A stretch of DNA of 60,452 nucleotides, filler included, from Sphacelaria rigidula (Eukaryota): assembly GCA_964200075.2 (NCBI GenBank). It is 6 parts of 6 records of this genome, joined end to end, with 100 filler letters (N's around TTAATTAATTAA, not from the genome) between each part and the next. Parts side by side here need not be neighbours in the genome. Positions count along the whole stretch, not along the records: positions 50,462 to 60,452 come from CAXNAA020007354.1; 5 more parts are not named here. One strand, written 5' to 3'. Every line of letters starts with the position of its first letter. Position 1 is the stretch's first letter. Of this stretch, positions 50,362 to 60,452 are shown piece by piece. Below the pieces are notes generated by a model, which worked only from the letters and a program-made list of their open reading frames with translations, did not search any database and was not told where the DNA came from. A program made the translations under genes and the position numbers.

Positions 50362-50461
50362 NNNNNNNNNNNNNNNNNNNNNNNNNNNNNNNNNNNNNNN
50401 NNNNNTTAATTAATTAANNNNNNNNNNNNNNNNNNNNNNNNNNNNNNNNNNNNNNNNNNNN
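50362..50461. other. Artificial contig linker
   Basis: N..TTAATTAATTAA..N. Confidence 0.98.
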
Positions 50462-50578
50462 ATGCGTGGTCAATGGTCAAACGACTAAGGCCAGCAACAA
50501 ATGAGTACGCCCCCCCCCCCACTCATCAATGGTCTTATGACTATGGCATGCATGATCATGATTACACCCCCCACCCAT
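50462..50578 (+). mobile_element. Two stacked non-LTR 3' ends, each ending in oligo-C
   Basis: ...CAAATGAGTACGC(C)n followed by TCAATGGTCTTATGACTATGGCATGCATGATCATGATTACACCCCCC. Confidence 0.75.
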
Positions 50579-50614
50579 CAGAGGTTTCTGGAAACACGGA
50601 ACAGACTTCCTTGC

Positions 50615-50877
50615 CTGTCCAAGAACATAGGCTCTCGCTTTGCTCATCGACACGAGGGCATTGAGGAGCCTCATGGCGTACTCGGCCACGAGTCGTGCTG
50701 GCTCCCCGCCGTACTCTTTCCGCCACTGCTGCTTCTCCTCCTGGTCGCTGCCGAAAGTCACGTGACTTGCTTCGCCCGTGGGCTCAGCGTCATCCGCTAC
50801 TTGGGTGGTTTGGGACAGGGGATTAGCTCGCGCCCCCTCCCTCAGGAAAACCTTCAGCAGCGGTTCGGTTTCAGGTC
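50615..50877 (-). CDS. ARMC9: ARMC9 exon (PETEPLLKVFL...LVAEYAMRLLNALVSMSKARAYVLGQ)
   Basis: atatag acceptor; matches ARMC9 [22 protein letters not shown] (recalled). Donor likely CAG|gcaagg. Confidence 0.78.
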
Positions 50878-51348
50878 CTATATTGACAGAAAGACAGATA
50901 TCAGAAAATAGATACCGCACCTCATACCTGGCATATGATTTGGTCGTCGGTGTGAAGGTGTTTGGGAATCGTGTTCTTGTTTATTCGACTATAGTTGCCA
51001 GTACAGAGTCAGCACATTTTTTTGCTGGCGGGCATATATGATTTTTTCGTTTGAAGCGATTTCGCGATAGCAACGGCGAGTTAGAGTGTACGGTTGGAGA
51101 CAGGGTCTTGAACATTCTCGGGCAGGGGTGTTGTCACCCTGCAGAGGTTGACGATGATGTAGTTTCCTCGGCTATACCCTCATGTCCACTCTGACATACC
51201 GCTTGAAGGGAGTGAACTACCCTGAGAAAACGTTGGAGTTAAGCCGGTTGCAGATGGCCTCACGCTCGGATCTGGCGTGGGCTTCGCGTCCCACGATCTA
51301 GAGTGGAGTGGAACGTGGATGTTCATTCTGGCGAATGACTTTACCGAC

Positions 51349-51499
51349 CTCGAGGCAAGCCTATCTCGCTTTCCCCCGTAGATCTCGCCGCTCCATCCGC
51401 TGTTGATCTGACGTCGAATATATCGTGTCTGATTAGCTGGTACAGAACTCCGCTTCTCGCTTTTCCAGCGGGCGCGGTGGAGAAGCGCCATCTAATCGC
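51349..51499 (-). CDS. ARMC9: ARMC9 exon (AIRWRFSTAPAGKARSGVLYQLIRHDIFDV...); 3' boundary uncertain
   Basis: ggccag acceptor, phase 0; LLLQ|AIRWR corresponds to ARMC9 LLQALRWRL. Confidence 0.8.
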
Positions 51500-51987
51500 C
51501 TGGCCACCCACGATGGGGCAGGATGGACAGGGGTCAGCGCAGGGGAGCGGGGGAGAGCATAGGGGGAAACATCGGCAGCTTAGTGCACCTGTCGACGATT
51601 GCTCTTCTCGTCTCTGGAGCTCACTGCATGTGACTCCTCCAAGGGTAATGAAATATCCAGCGTCCTACGCGGTGCGCACTACACGAAACGTTTGTGTTCC
51701 CGATAACACAAGTGAACAGTCACTCTAAACTGAGTCATAGCATGGTGGAGGAGACGGGGGGGGTAGCGATGAACGGTCGCACGCGGGGACAGGGAGGCGA
51801 TTCATGTCAGACCCATCCATTTGAAAGGCCCTTCAAAATCTGCGCTACCCTAGCTCGAGTTGAAAGTTGCGCACATGTAACCAACAGGACCCTCCCGCGA
51901 CACGCCCTCGCCTCATACCCTCGCTGCGCCTAGCAAGTTGGAATAATCGACTTCAGTGCAAGTGAGACAGCACAATATTGGTCGCAC

Positions 51988-52135
51988 TTGTAGCAATAAA
52001 GCAGCCTCAAGGGCAGCTGATTCTCGCGTATTTTTTGCTCGCAGCCGAAGTAGCGGGTCCTCGTTCTCTCGCCCGTTGAGTTCATGGTATGGTTGCTCTC
52101 TGATGGTGCGTCCTGACGCCTCGATAGCCAATCGC
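51988..52135 (-). CDS. ARMC9: ARMC9 exon (RLAIEASG...AALEAALLLQ)
   Basis: ctgcag acceptor (phase 2), CAA|gtgcga donor (phase 0), 148 nt. Confidence 0.78.
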
Positions 52136-52460
52136 CTGCAGGTACAGGCCGATGAAAAGTGGTTTCACATCGAAAGTAAACAGAAAGTTTAGTTATAGCA
52201 TTACGCCGTTCGTACATATATGTTGTTGACCTAATATCAATAGCCGTCTAGGGGGAGGTCTTCTCTCGCGGGAGTGTGAATGGCCGTGTATTTTCCCGCA
52301 AATTTTGATGTGAGTAATAGCGACGACAACACAAACACTCAGAAGCACTGGTCGTCACGAGAGAGGCCTTGGATGCCCTTTCATCTTCAGACGGTCCGAC
52401 GGCCGTTCCGTACTGCACCCGGTGATTTTTCTATCACGGTAGTTGCCGCTTTAGGCTCAC

Positions 52461-52546
52461 CGAAGATCGTTCTTGATCGCCCGATAGTCTAGAGGTGCCA
52501 GGATAATCCGATCCGAGTTCAATTTCGGGAGCCCCTCTTGTCTCTC
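52461..52546 (-). CDS. ARMC9: ARMC9 exon (ERQEGLPKLNSDRIILAPLDYRAIKNDL)
   Basis: aacag acceptor, CG|gtgagc donor; LDYRAIKNDL corresponds to LDYEKLKKDL. Confidence 0.8.
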
Positions 52547-53682
52547 CTGTTTCAAGAGCCGCACCACTGCACAAGTAAGATTGACAGCGTTTTGTTTTTC
52601 ACGAGTGAATCGGGCGTATGTTGCGACGTTGGTCGGCGGGGGTTTGAACTACTGCTGTTCTCAGAGAGTGGTAGCTTCCTCATCATACTTCTGATACCGC
52701 AGCGGCAGCGGCAGCGGCAACGGCAACGGCAACTACAACTACAACTATAAATTTTACGACGACGCAGGGGAGGATATTTCCCACGAGCTCAAAGACCGAG
52801 AAACAGCGCACCAGTTCCCTTGCCACCCCCCTTTCCTGCCCTGAAGTTATTGCGGTATCCACGAACAACAGATGAGACGCGATCCGCCGCCGAATCTCGG
52901 ATCACCTGTTCCTTTATCCCATCTTGAACATTTTCGAGGCAACGATGGCCGTTGTGGTACCGTTGGTTTTCACCTCCTCCCCGCGGCACGCATTCTCGCC
53001 CTCTCAACAACGAGGTGAAAGCCGCATCGCGCGGCATTGCTTTCGCTTCGGCAGCGTGGGGAGCTAGGTCGAGGCATCTCGTGAATGCATCATCTGATCC
53101 AGCCTGGTCAACAGCCTAGCACCATCGTTGCGATTGAAAATGATATTGGAATAGAACAGAGTGGTCGGGGCGGGGACGGCAGGAAATGAGGGGTGAGTTC
53201 AGGGGGAGATGTGAGACAGATCTTGGTATTTATTAGCTTCTGCACGGAGTCAGGTCATGTAGATAACGTGATACTAGTGCGCCATTAATTGCTCGGCTAT
53301 GGCCTTGCCAGACCTCCTCACCATTAGCACGAGCGTTTTCGCACTTGCATATAGCATTGAGGACATTACTTTCTCGATCAAGGTACGATCTATATAACTA
53401 CTTGTTTCAAGTGTGCGTGTCCTTGAAGCAGTTCATTGAGTCCTTGAGCAAGTACGATAGAGCTTCGGAAGAGTGGTGGGGTGCAGACATTCGAGTTTTG
53501 ACGACCCCTGCGGGGCACGATAGCACGTCGCTAGCTTCATTATCTGCCTGGCGATTTCCAGATGTGGAACATGCCCCCATGACACTGCCCTAGCCAACCT
53601 TGCGTGGCGAAGGAGGCCTTGAAACGTTCTTGCAGCCCAGGCGCTCACCGACAAAATCAAAAACTAGTTCGCAAAGACGCAC

Positions 53683-53781
53683 ATTTTGTTGCCGATTCAG
53701 CAGTTGGAGGAGCAAGGGCTCTGCGGTGAAGAACGCCTCCACATCTTGCAGGAAATCTTCAAGCCTTGTCCGGAGCTCTGC
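53683..53781 (-). CDS. ARMC9: ARMC9 exon (AELRTRLEDFLQDVEAFFTAEPLLLQLLNRQQN)
   Basis: catag acceptor, AAT|gtgcgt donor, 99 nt, phase 0/0. Further exons between 52547 and 53682 are likely but unresolved. Confidence 0.8.
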
Positions 53782-54764
53782 CTATGACGAACGAGGGACC
53801 GGGAACAAAATGACGAAACCGAGGGGAGTGGCACTTGCGTCTTGTATCGCTGTCTATTGAAACGCAAAGGTGATTCTTCGGTAGACTTCTCCCAACAGCT
53901 CTTCCGACTCATATGGCAACCCCTTTGAGCTGGAAAACAAGCGGGGCGTCAATAATGTTGCAAGTCTAATCTCAAAGCCTTTTCTCGTTCGGAAGAATGG
54001 ACATTTCGACCCTTTGCACGCCTCCGCTGCCTGATAACAACTCGGTATCTTCACCCACTGTACTAAAAGGATATATCGCCATGCGGTACACCCAAGGTAA
54101 ACACAGATGGTATCTGGTATCAACTAGAGGAACACTTGCGAGTAGTACTCTACGATGGTACACTCCATGTGAACATCCGCACTATTTGGGCAGGCTTTCA
54201 CCCACGAGCTCGCAGGAGCGAATGTCGAAAGCGGAAATGATTCCGCTGGCTGAGTCGCAACCTTCTTACATGACAACGGTTTTGCACGGCCTTTTTACCT
54301 GAAGCCCTGGCAAGGGTCAACTTTTTTTTTCTTTCTCGAGACCGACATTAGAGCTCAGCCTGGCGTTTTCTTGTTTTTTCTCCTGTATTTTTTTTGTTTT
54401 TGTGTACTTGTGTGTGTGTGTGTTTTCTCTTCTTATTCCTTATTTTCGTTTTGCAGTCAGTTTCATTTGTCGTTCTGATTACCTTTGCAGTTTCACTTCT
54501 TTCTCGAGCTTGCTTGATCATGTATTCCGGGTTATTGCTGTGGGTACGGGTATCTTGTGCCCACGGTTCAAAGCAGATCTATCCGTGACAATTCAGTGGA
54601 TGGAGCGGAGAGCCACTAAACTCAATCACAGGGTGAGCCGGCACCTAACCAAATGTCTATTTATCGAGTTCCTGCTCTTGGTTTCGTCTACTTCTCCACA
54701 CGTTGCACATCATGTAGAGGAGCTCACGCCGACCAATCTCCGTAGAAGTTGCGACACCGCTCAC

Positions 54765-54911
54765 CACCCAGTCATCTCGGAACACGAAATCGAAAGCAGG
54801 ATGAGCTGCCGGGTCAGGTACGTGCGGCAGGGCGTAAAAGGACACCACCTCGCGATCTTGCGCTAGCGCACGCCCTCGACCATCCAGATACCGCCTGAAG
54901 TTCGTCATGGC
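54765..54911 (-). CDS. ARMC9: ARMC9 exon (AMTNFRRYLDGRGRALAQDREVVSFYALPHVPDPAAHPAFDFVFRDDWV)
   Basis: The ARMC9 hallmark F..YL..G..L....E...FYALP.VP.P..HP.F...F...W; ggcag / gtgagc sites, 147 nt. Confidence 0.92.
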
Positions 54912-55800
54912 CTGCCGCGAAGAAAAACACGTGATACCGTGATCCGCTGCGTCATGCAGCCCTCCTCGCCTTAAAATTTTAAAACACCATGTCTATCATC
55001 GTAGCGAGAAGGCACGGACGGTGCTGTCCGAACGGCTTCCTGTTTCAACTTGCGATGCCACTAACACTTGTCTCGGTGGTGATCCCTAGGGGTCGTCCAA
55101 AGAACTTTCAATGCATGCAAAAATTAAAACTGAACACGTACGTGTGAAACGGCTCTCGAGAATGTCGCGACACGCTGAGTGATCTAAACCGCACGTACGA
55201 CTTGTGGTCGGAAGGGTCAAAAATATGTCGCTTTAACCAAACGCCTCGTGTCACTGCCGCGACGTCACGAGTCGATGTGAGAGAGGTAACGTGACTCCGC
55301 GTTACTTGTGATGTACCCCCCCCCTCTTTCACCCTTTGATACTTGCTTTGCCTATCCTACAGGCAGCTGTAGCTGTCGTAAGATGAAAATCTGCTTGCGT
55401 CCTATGTCAACGCACTTATACGGAAGAGTTCAACCTGAGGCAAAATTAGGCTTGAAAGCGGTTGAGGGCTTCGGGAGATGATCGGATGGGGGAGTGCACC
55501 TACTTAAGGGTTATTAGAATCACTTGATCGTTAACCTCGGTGAGGCAATCCCCGCAAAGCTGTCTGAGCATTTATCGGTGTTTGGCTTTTATAGGGTGTT
55601 GAAAAATCGTCGAATAAAACGGACGAGGTTTGAATCCGCAGCTATTTGAGGGAACTCGAACAGCGACTTATTAAAAAACGGATGTGGCAGGTGAAAACAT
55701 TGTACACATCAGCGTTGCTTGTGTTGATTCATCGCAAGTATTGTGGGCCACTCATATTCGGATACAGTTGGGAACGTCGGTGGTATAGTGTCGTGGTTAC

Positions 55801-55968
55801 CTTAGCGCAAGCAACGCTAGCTTCTCGAGGCCCCTCTGCCCTATCGAGTGAAGATGCTCGAAACGGCAGGGTTGCGAAGTGCACACAAGCCAGAAACTCC
55901 GTCACCCTCGCGTCGCGAGACAGAGGTGACGCTGCCTCCCTCCACAGAAGTTTCTTCGGCATTACTAT
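55801..55968 (-). CDS. ARMC9: ARMC9 exon (IVMPKKLLW...VTEFLACVHFATLPFR...ACAK)
   Basis: gtcag acceptor, AAG|gtaacc donor, 168 nt; EFLACVHFA corresponds to EFYLHIHFA. Confidence 0.88.
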
Positions 55969-56395
55969 CTGACGGAAAACGGTGACGAAATATGCCGTGA
56001 AACCGCGAAACCGCGAAACCGAACATACAGAGTTCGCTGCACCTGTGCATTCTTTTTACAATGAGCCAGCCGGAGACTGGTGAACATGGAGCGATTTTCC
56101 CCAAAACTTCAGAACTCTAGGGTCAACGACTTCATGTTACCCGAGGCGTAAATAATGGATATTTCTACCCCACACGTGGCATGCATGATCATGAGTACAC
56201 CCACACGTGTACCCTCTGCACTACCGGTTGTGCTGTACCCGTTCATACCATGGCTGGTGGAGTGTAGAACCTTATTGGCAAATTTCAATTTGATGTATCA
56301 AGAATCCACCTGCAGCCAGTCGCCGACCAAGAGCCGTCTAGTTGTAAATATTTTATTAAACAATTTCGAACGAAAACCTTTTCAAAGTGAAGGGA

Positions 56396-56573
56396 GCTCG
56401 CTCCTTTGGAGTATCGGGGTCAGGAATGTGATCACGGAGAGCTTGTTCTACTTTGTTCACTACAATCGACAGCGGAGCACTCCAAAATGCAGGGTGCTCG
56501 CTTCTCTGGCGTGTCGAGGTTAGGAATGTGATCACCGAGACCTGGTTCTATTCTGTTCACTGCACGCGACAGA
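56396..56573 (+). repeat. Diverged ~100-bp-period tandem duplication in an ARMC9 intron
   Basis: GCTCGCT..T.TGG.GT.TCG.GGT.AGGAATGTGATCAC.GAGA.CT.GTTCTA occurs twice. Confidence 0.75.
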
Positions 56574-56880
56574 AAATCGCTGTCGAAAGAGATACATTTC
56601 AAGTCAACGTGTTCAATAGAAACAATACAACGAAATTAGCTCAGGTGGGTTCTAATGATCTCGCGTGCCATAGTTATATGACCGTTGATCCCGTATCGCT
56701 ACGAAGCTGGGACGGAGAGCGCCGGGTTATCGCTGGACCAGGCTTGCAATCACCGAGAGCGAAACGCCGTGATGTGTTCGGCGAGTTGCGTGAAGAGTGA
56801 GTGGAGGGCTGAAATATGTTCCCACCGTCGAATAGCCCGCATTTGTTGTCCATGTTATCTGAATGCTCTAGGTCGCTCAC

Positions 56881-57013
56881 CGCCCAAGATCCAAGGAAGT
56901 CCATCATGTGCCCTCGGTCAAAGGCTTCCATCAGGGCAATTTTTGCTAGTGATCGTCGCCGACTCTCTTCAGCTTGTTCGTCGTACTGCGGATCGTTCAT
57001 GAGATCTTCAGTA
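56881..57013 (-). CDS. ARMC9: ARMC9 exon 2 (TEDLMNDPQ...LMEAFDRGHMMDFLGSWA)
   Basis: atgcag acceptor (phase 2), GCG|gtgagc donor; AFD.G....F...W motif. Confidence 0.88.
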
Positions 57014-57500
57014 CTGCATTTAGCCATCCGATCCCTTCGTGGGTTGTTGCAACGATAAGAAAATAATGCGCTCGGTAATAGTAGGAAGCGTCATACGCAG
57101 GGAACCACTCCCCCGGCATGGACATATGCTCGGTACTGTCGGTACCCCTGATCGCACCGAATTTCCGAACAAGAACAGCAACTGGACTGGTCCAGTGTCG
57201 ACATAGCCAACCGCAGCCACAGTGGCGATATTGGCGCCCACGAGGGCGGGGGCGGGCGTACGACCAACTCGCAAGCGACGGCTGAGGCATACCTCCAACA
57301 CCGCGGCAACATCAACAGAGGCAGTGCGCTTTGGATGTCCGTCGTAGCGTAGACGGTACAAGTGAACTCTCAAACACATTTTTGCCTACGAGCTACGGTA
57401 TACTCAGAGGTCAATAATTCGGAGACAAGGCTGAACAGTAAGTGATGCTGCAGTAGCGTCGCAAGCGAGGCCATATCTACATTGTGTGTAATCTTGATAC

Positions 57501-57616
57501 CTTCGCAGTCTGGATTGTCTCATTTCGGAGCGAAGGCAGTCGAGAGTGTTCCCGAAACGTCGATACTCCAGATACTCCGCCACGGCCTCATCAATGTCGT
57601 CCAAGTCTTGAATCAT
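57501..57616 (-). CDS. ARMC9: ARMC9 first coding exon with LisH motif (MIQDLDDIDEAVAEYLEYRRFGNTLDCLRSE)
   Basis: LisH pattern V.EYL....F..T...L..E; AG|gtatca donor. Confidence 0.9.
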
Positions 57617-59571
57617 CTTGTGTGTTGTGATGTTGGGCCTACAGCCTATTCCACGGCATTGCTTTTATAATAGTCGTTGGAGAAATATCTGTAAGTATCG
57701 GTTGCACGGCAGCGCGAGCTCACACTTTGTAATATTCCAGACAGCCGCATGTTTCGCATACCTTGGTGGGGATTAGAGTTGAGCAGAGCGTCTGTACTGA
57801 TTTTAAGGGGATGATCACCAGAGCACAGGGTTCGTAATTTGAACTCTCGCCTCGTCGTGTCTGAGCGTGAGATAGGACAAACATGCCTTCGAATGTGGGT
57901 CTTGGACGACATTATTTCTGCACGCACCTGAGAATTACGAGTTGTACAAGACACGCGACGGTAGGCTAGGAATCTCGGAGTTGCTTACTCGAAGGCACTA
58001 CTCTCTCGTCGTGAATGTTAACGCCGTACAGAGCACATGTGGTATTTTGTTATCGTATTTGAATGTTTACTTCTGCGAGTCCAGTCGACGTGAACCCCAG
58101 CACACTCGACAGTTTTGGGGGGGAAGCGTGATTTCTTCTCAGGGTTGGTACTTGTCACAAGGTATTATCAAGTTCACAATACGAAACGTCAGCAAATCCC
58201 CGCAAATAAACAGAATCTTAAGACAGAATGACTCGATTTCTCCCACTGTGCTGGTTGGCGCGAACCGACCACTCTTCATTTTTCGTTTTCACAACATGAA
58301 TATGCCTCCTGCTTTTTGCACGGTACTGCAATATCTGCATATATCATATTGTGTAAGACGTGGCCACTGCGCACCAAAACTGTACTGCAGAAGGTCCCGA
58401 GCAGTCCAGTGGAGATTTGATTCGCTATCCCTGCGTAGCCCAGGCCGATACCTCATAGCTTACTCGTCACGGTGTTGCTCCCAGTCGTTTTGAGTCTAGG
58501 TTTTAACTGGGTGCAGGCCGTATAGTCGGTACAGCTTGCCTTGCGTGGTAACGTGTATATCTGTGCTGTTGCTCTAGAATCAAGCTACCTCGCACGCGAG
58601 ACGGTCTGTGTGAGCACTTGACGGCATTGCTACAAACTAAATAGCAGGCACCTCGAGTGTCGGGAAAACACCTTTTGTCGTGGTAGGATCATTCTTTGCG
58701 TGCGAGCCAAGTTGTGCTGGCCTCGGCGGCGTGAAGCAGGACCGGTAATTTCAAGACACCACCTTCTCCGGTCCTCAAGTACAAATATTCGTCGTGGGCA
58801 CCACTAAGTGTAACACAAACGCACCCCTAGCTCACGACCTACGGGACGCCAATCCCTCAACATGTGTGTCACACTAGCAGTAGCTAAGGCACCGCCATAG
58901 GTATCTTGTGTCACCAAGCATGCGCCAAACATTCCAATGGCTCTTAGTTCTATGTTGACGAAGTCATGCTGCCTCTACTCAGGTTGCAGCAGGCCGCAAA
59001 GTGCCAATGGATCCCTCTCTGCTTTTAGGCTGACACAAATAGGTTCGTGAAGTGTGTTCCGTCATCGTTCGCAAGAGAATTGCCTACTCTCACAGAAAGT
59101 TGGCTACCAACGTTTCTGTAAGCGCAACAGCACCCGTTCCCCCGATATCTGCACAAGCACAAGTTGTTACGCGCACGACAAAGCGAACTTCCGGAATCGT
59201 CTACTCTCCGCGCCTTTCCCGCCAATTTGATCAGAGAAGGCATATGTCTAATGTACTGTGTACTGTACAGTACAGTACTCGCCAAATGTACTCGGTAGAG
59301 TTGCAATATCTGCCGCACACAACATATTTGCATCGCGGGTACGACGCTGCTACTCCCTGGTGGTCTTACGGTGCGACTGAAACCATTAGACCGAAAGAGT
59401 TTTGGTTCGGTCCCCGGCAGACGCACTTGGATTTTGTTCCAGAAGTCTCCAGTTTTTGTCGTTGAAAACGTGGGAACGTATATATTGTAGCAGTGAGAGT
59501 TGATTTGACGAGCTCCGACGCCGTGCGGGAGTGCTGATCTAATCCACGATACCAAATACAAGGCGTGTACC

Positions 59572-59660
59572 GGTGTGTACTCATCATCTTGCGTGCCGTA
59601 TTCGTAAGTCCATTGACCTCGCATCCCTACAAAGCTGGGATGGAGCACGCCGCGTTTACA
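59572..59660 (-). mobile_element. Non-LTR 3' end (GTGCTCC...GGGATGCGAGGTCAATGGACTTACGA...ATGAGTACAC)
   Basis: Intermediate between the 9440 and 44778 tail types. Confidence 0.6.
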
Positions 59661-59730
59661 CCAGACAAGGCTCGCAAGCGCGTACCGGGTGAGGGAGGGC
59701 ATTGGACCCATCCCCGTTGAGGCTACGTAC

Positions 59731-59822
59731 TCGTCCCGATGAAGGAGGGGTCTTGAAAGAGCGTAAAAAAGAAAAAAGTGAAGAGCTTGCCGATGAAGTA
59801 CAGCTGTGCGACACGCGTGTGG
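59731..59822 (-). CDS. Tentative exon of an unidentified upstream gene (HTRVAQLYFIGKLFTFFFFTLFQDPSFIGT)
   Basis: tcaacag acceptor and A|gtacgt donor around a hydrophobic peptide; no family recognised. Confidence 0.3.
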
Positions 59823-60362
59823 CTGTTGACACTAAATAGGGCACATACGGCATTCGCGCACGTGTTCATACGTGCGCTCCGGTGAAGTAGAGCCGTGCGA
59901 CACGGGTGTGGCTGTCGACATTTCACAGGACATATACTACATGTGCGCGCGTATTCATACGTGCGCTTCTGTGCGCCAATTATTGTGCTGAACTCCGGCA
60001 TACGGGTCGTGTGTCTTCGTTTGTCGCATTTTTTTCAGCGCAATCTCCTTTTGACGGTAAATTTCGTAATTTTGAACTTATCGATCAGTTTACCGGTTTC
60101 TCCTCCGGTACATGATGGACTTGCCTTGCACCTTAAGTCATCCTACGATAAGGGGTATCTCGGGCCACTTCTTTCACGACGTTCCGAGTCAAATCGTCGT
60201 TTAAAGCAGCAACGGCGGTTATTCGAACGAGCTTGTTACAGACATACAACGCTCATTCATACTCCTTGACACCGTCTTAAACCACATACAATGAGCGCAC
60301 CGCGAGTGTGGCAGGTCGTCTGACACGCCTATGAGCTTATTTTTTTGTGCAATCAAATACCT

Positions 60363-60396
<34 letters not shown>

Positions 60397-60452
60397 ACCC
60401 CCGCCTCGCTCTCTAACCCCGCACAACTCAACACTCCTCACCCCCCATCCTC

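Noticed and set aside
14125..57616. Apparent cilium/centriole gene cluster (RTTN plus ARMC9)
   Set aside because: The genes are on different contigs joined artificially.
59025..59711. 228-aa ORF, the longest in the track
   Set aside because: It runs through a non-LTR tail repeat and low-complexity intron-like sequence, with no recognisable domain.

Overview
Eukaryotic, intron- and transposon-rich DNA. The long GT-AG introns, gene set and repeat types fit a stramenopile, most likely a brown alga (inference). The window is not one locus. It is six unrelated contigs (1-9993, 10094-20086, 20187-30178, 30279-40270, 40371-50361, 50462-60452; lengths 9993, 9993, 9992, 9992, 9991, 9991) joined by artificial 100-nt N..TTAATTAATTAA..N linkers. 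Most ORF-track entries are spurious; real coding sequence is short spliced exons. Gene fragments reconstructed by hand with consistent splice phases: an OPR/RAP-like helical-repeat protein (contig 1, +), Rotatin (contig 2, -), an unknown single-TM protein (contig 3, -), a GGA/FxxN beta-helix plus REJ-type surface protein with an apparent frameshift (contig 4, +), and ARMC9 (contig 6, -). The rest is layered transposon debris: Ty3/Gypsy integrase-chromodomain, RTE-like LINEs, a CCHC-type LINE family with C-rich tails, a deleted hAT, a MULE-like element with a nested 0.5-kb foldback, a piggyBac-type MITE and tRNA-derived SINEs. The most unusual signals are a 1.58-kb TIR element with a ~42-43-bp periodic palindrome/unique-spacer array, the same 41-45-bp period in at least four unrelated repeat families, and non-LTR elements that end in oligo-C and sit in C-tracts. 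No CRISPR-Cas, rRNA or intact tRNA gene is supported.
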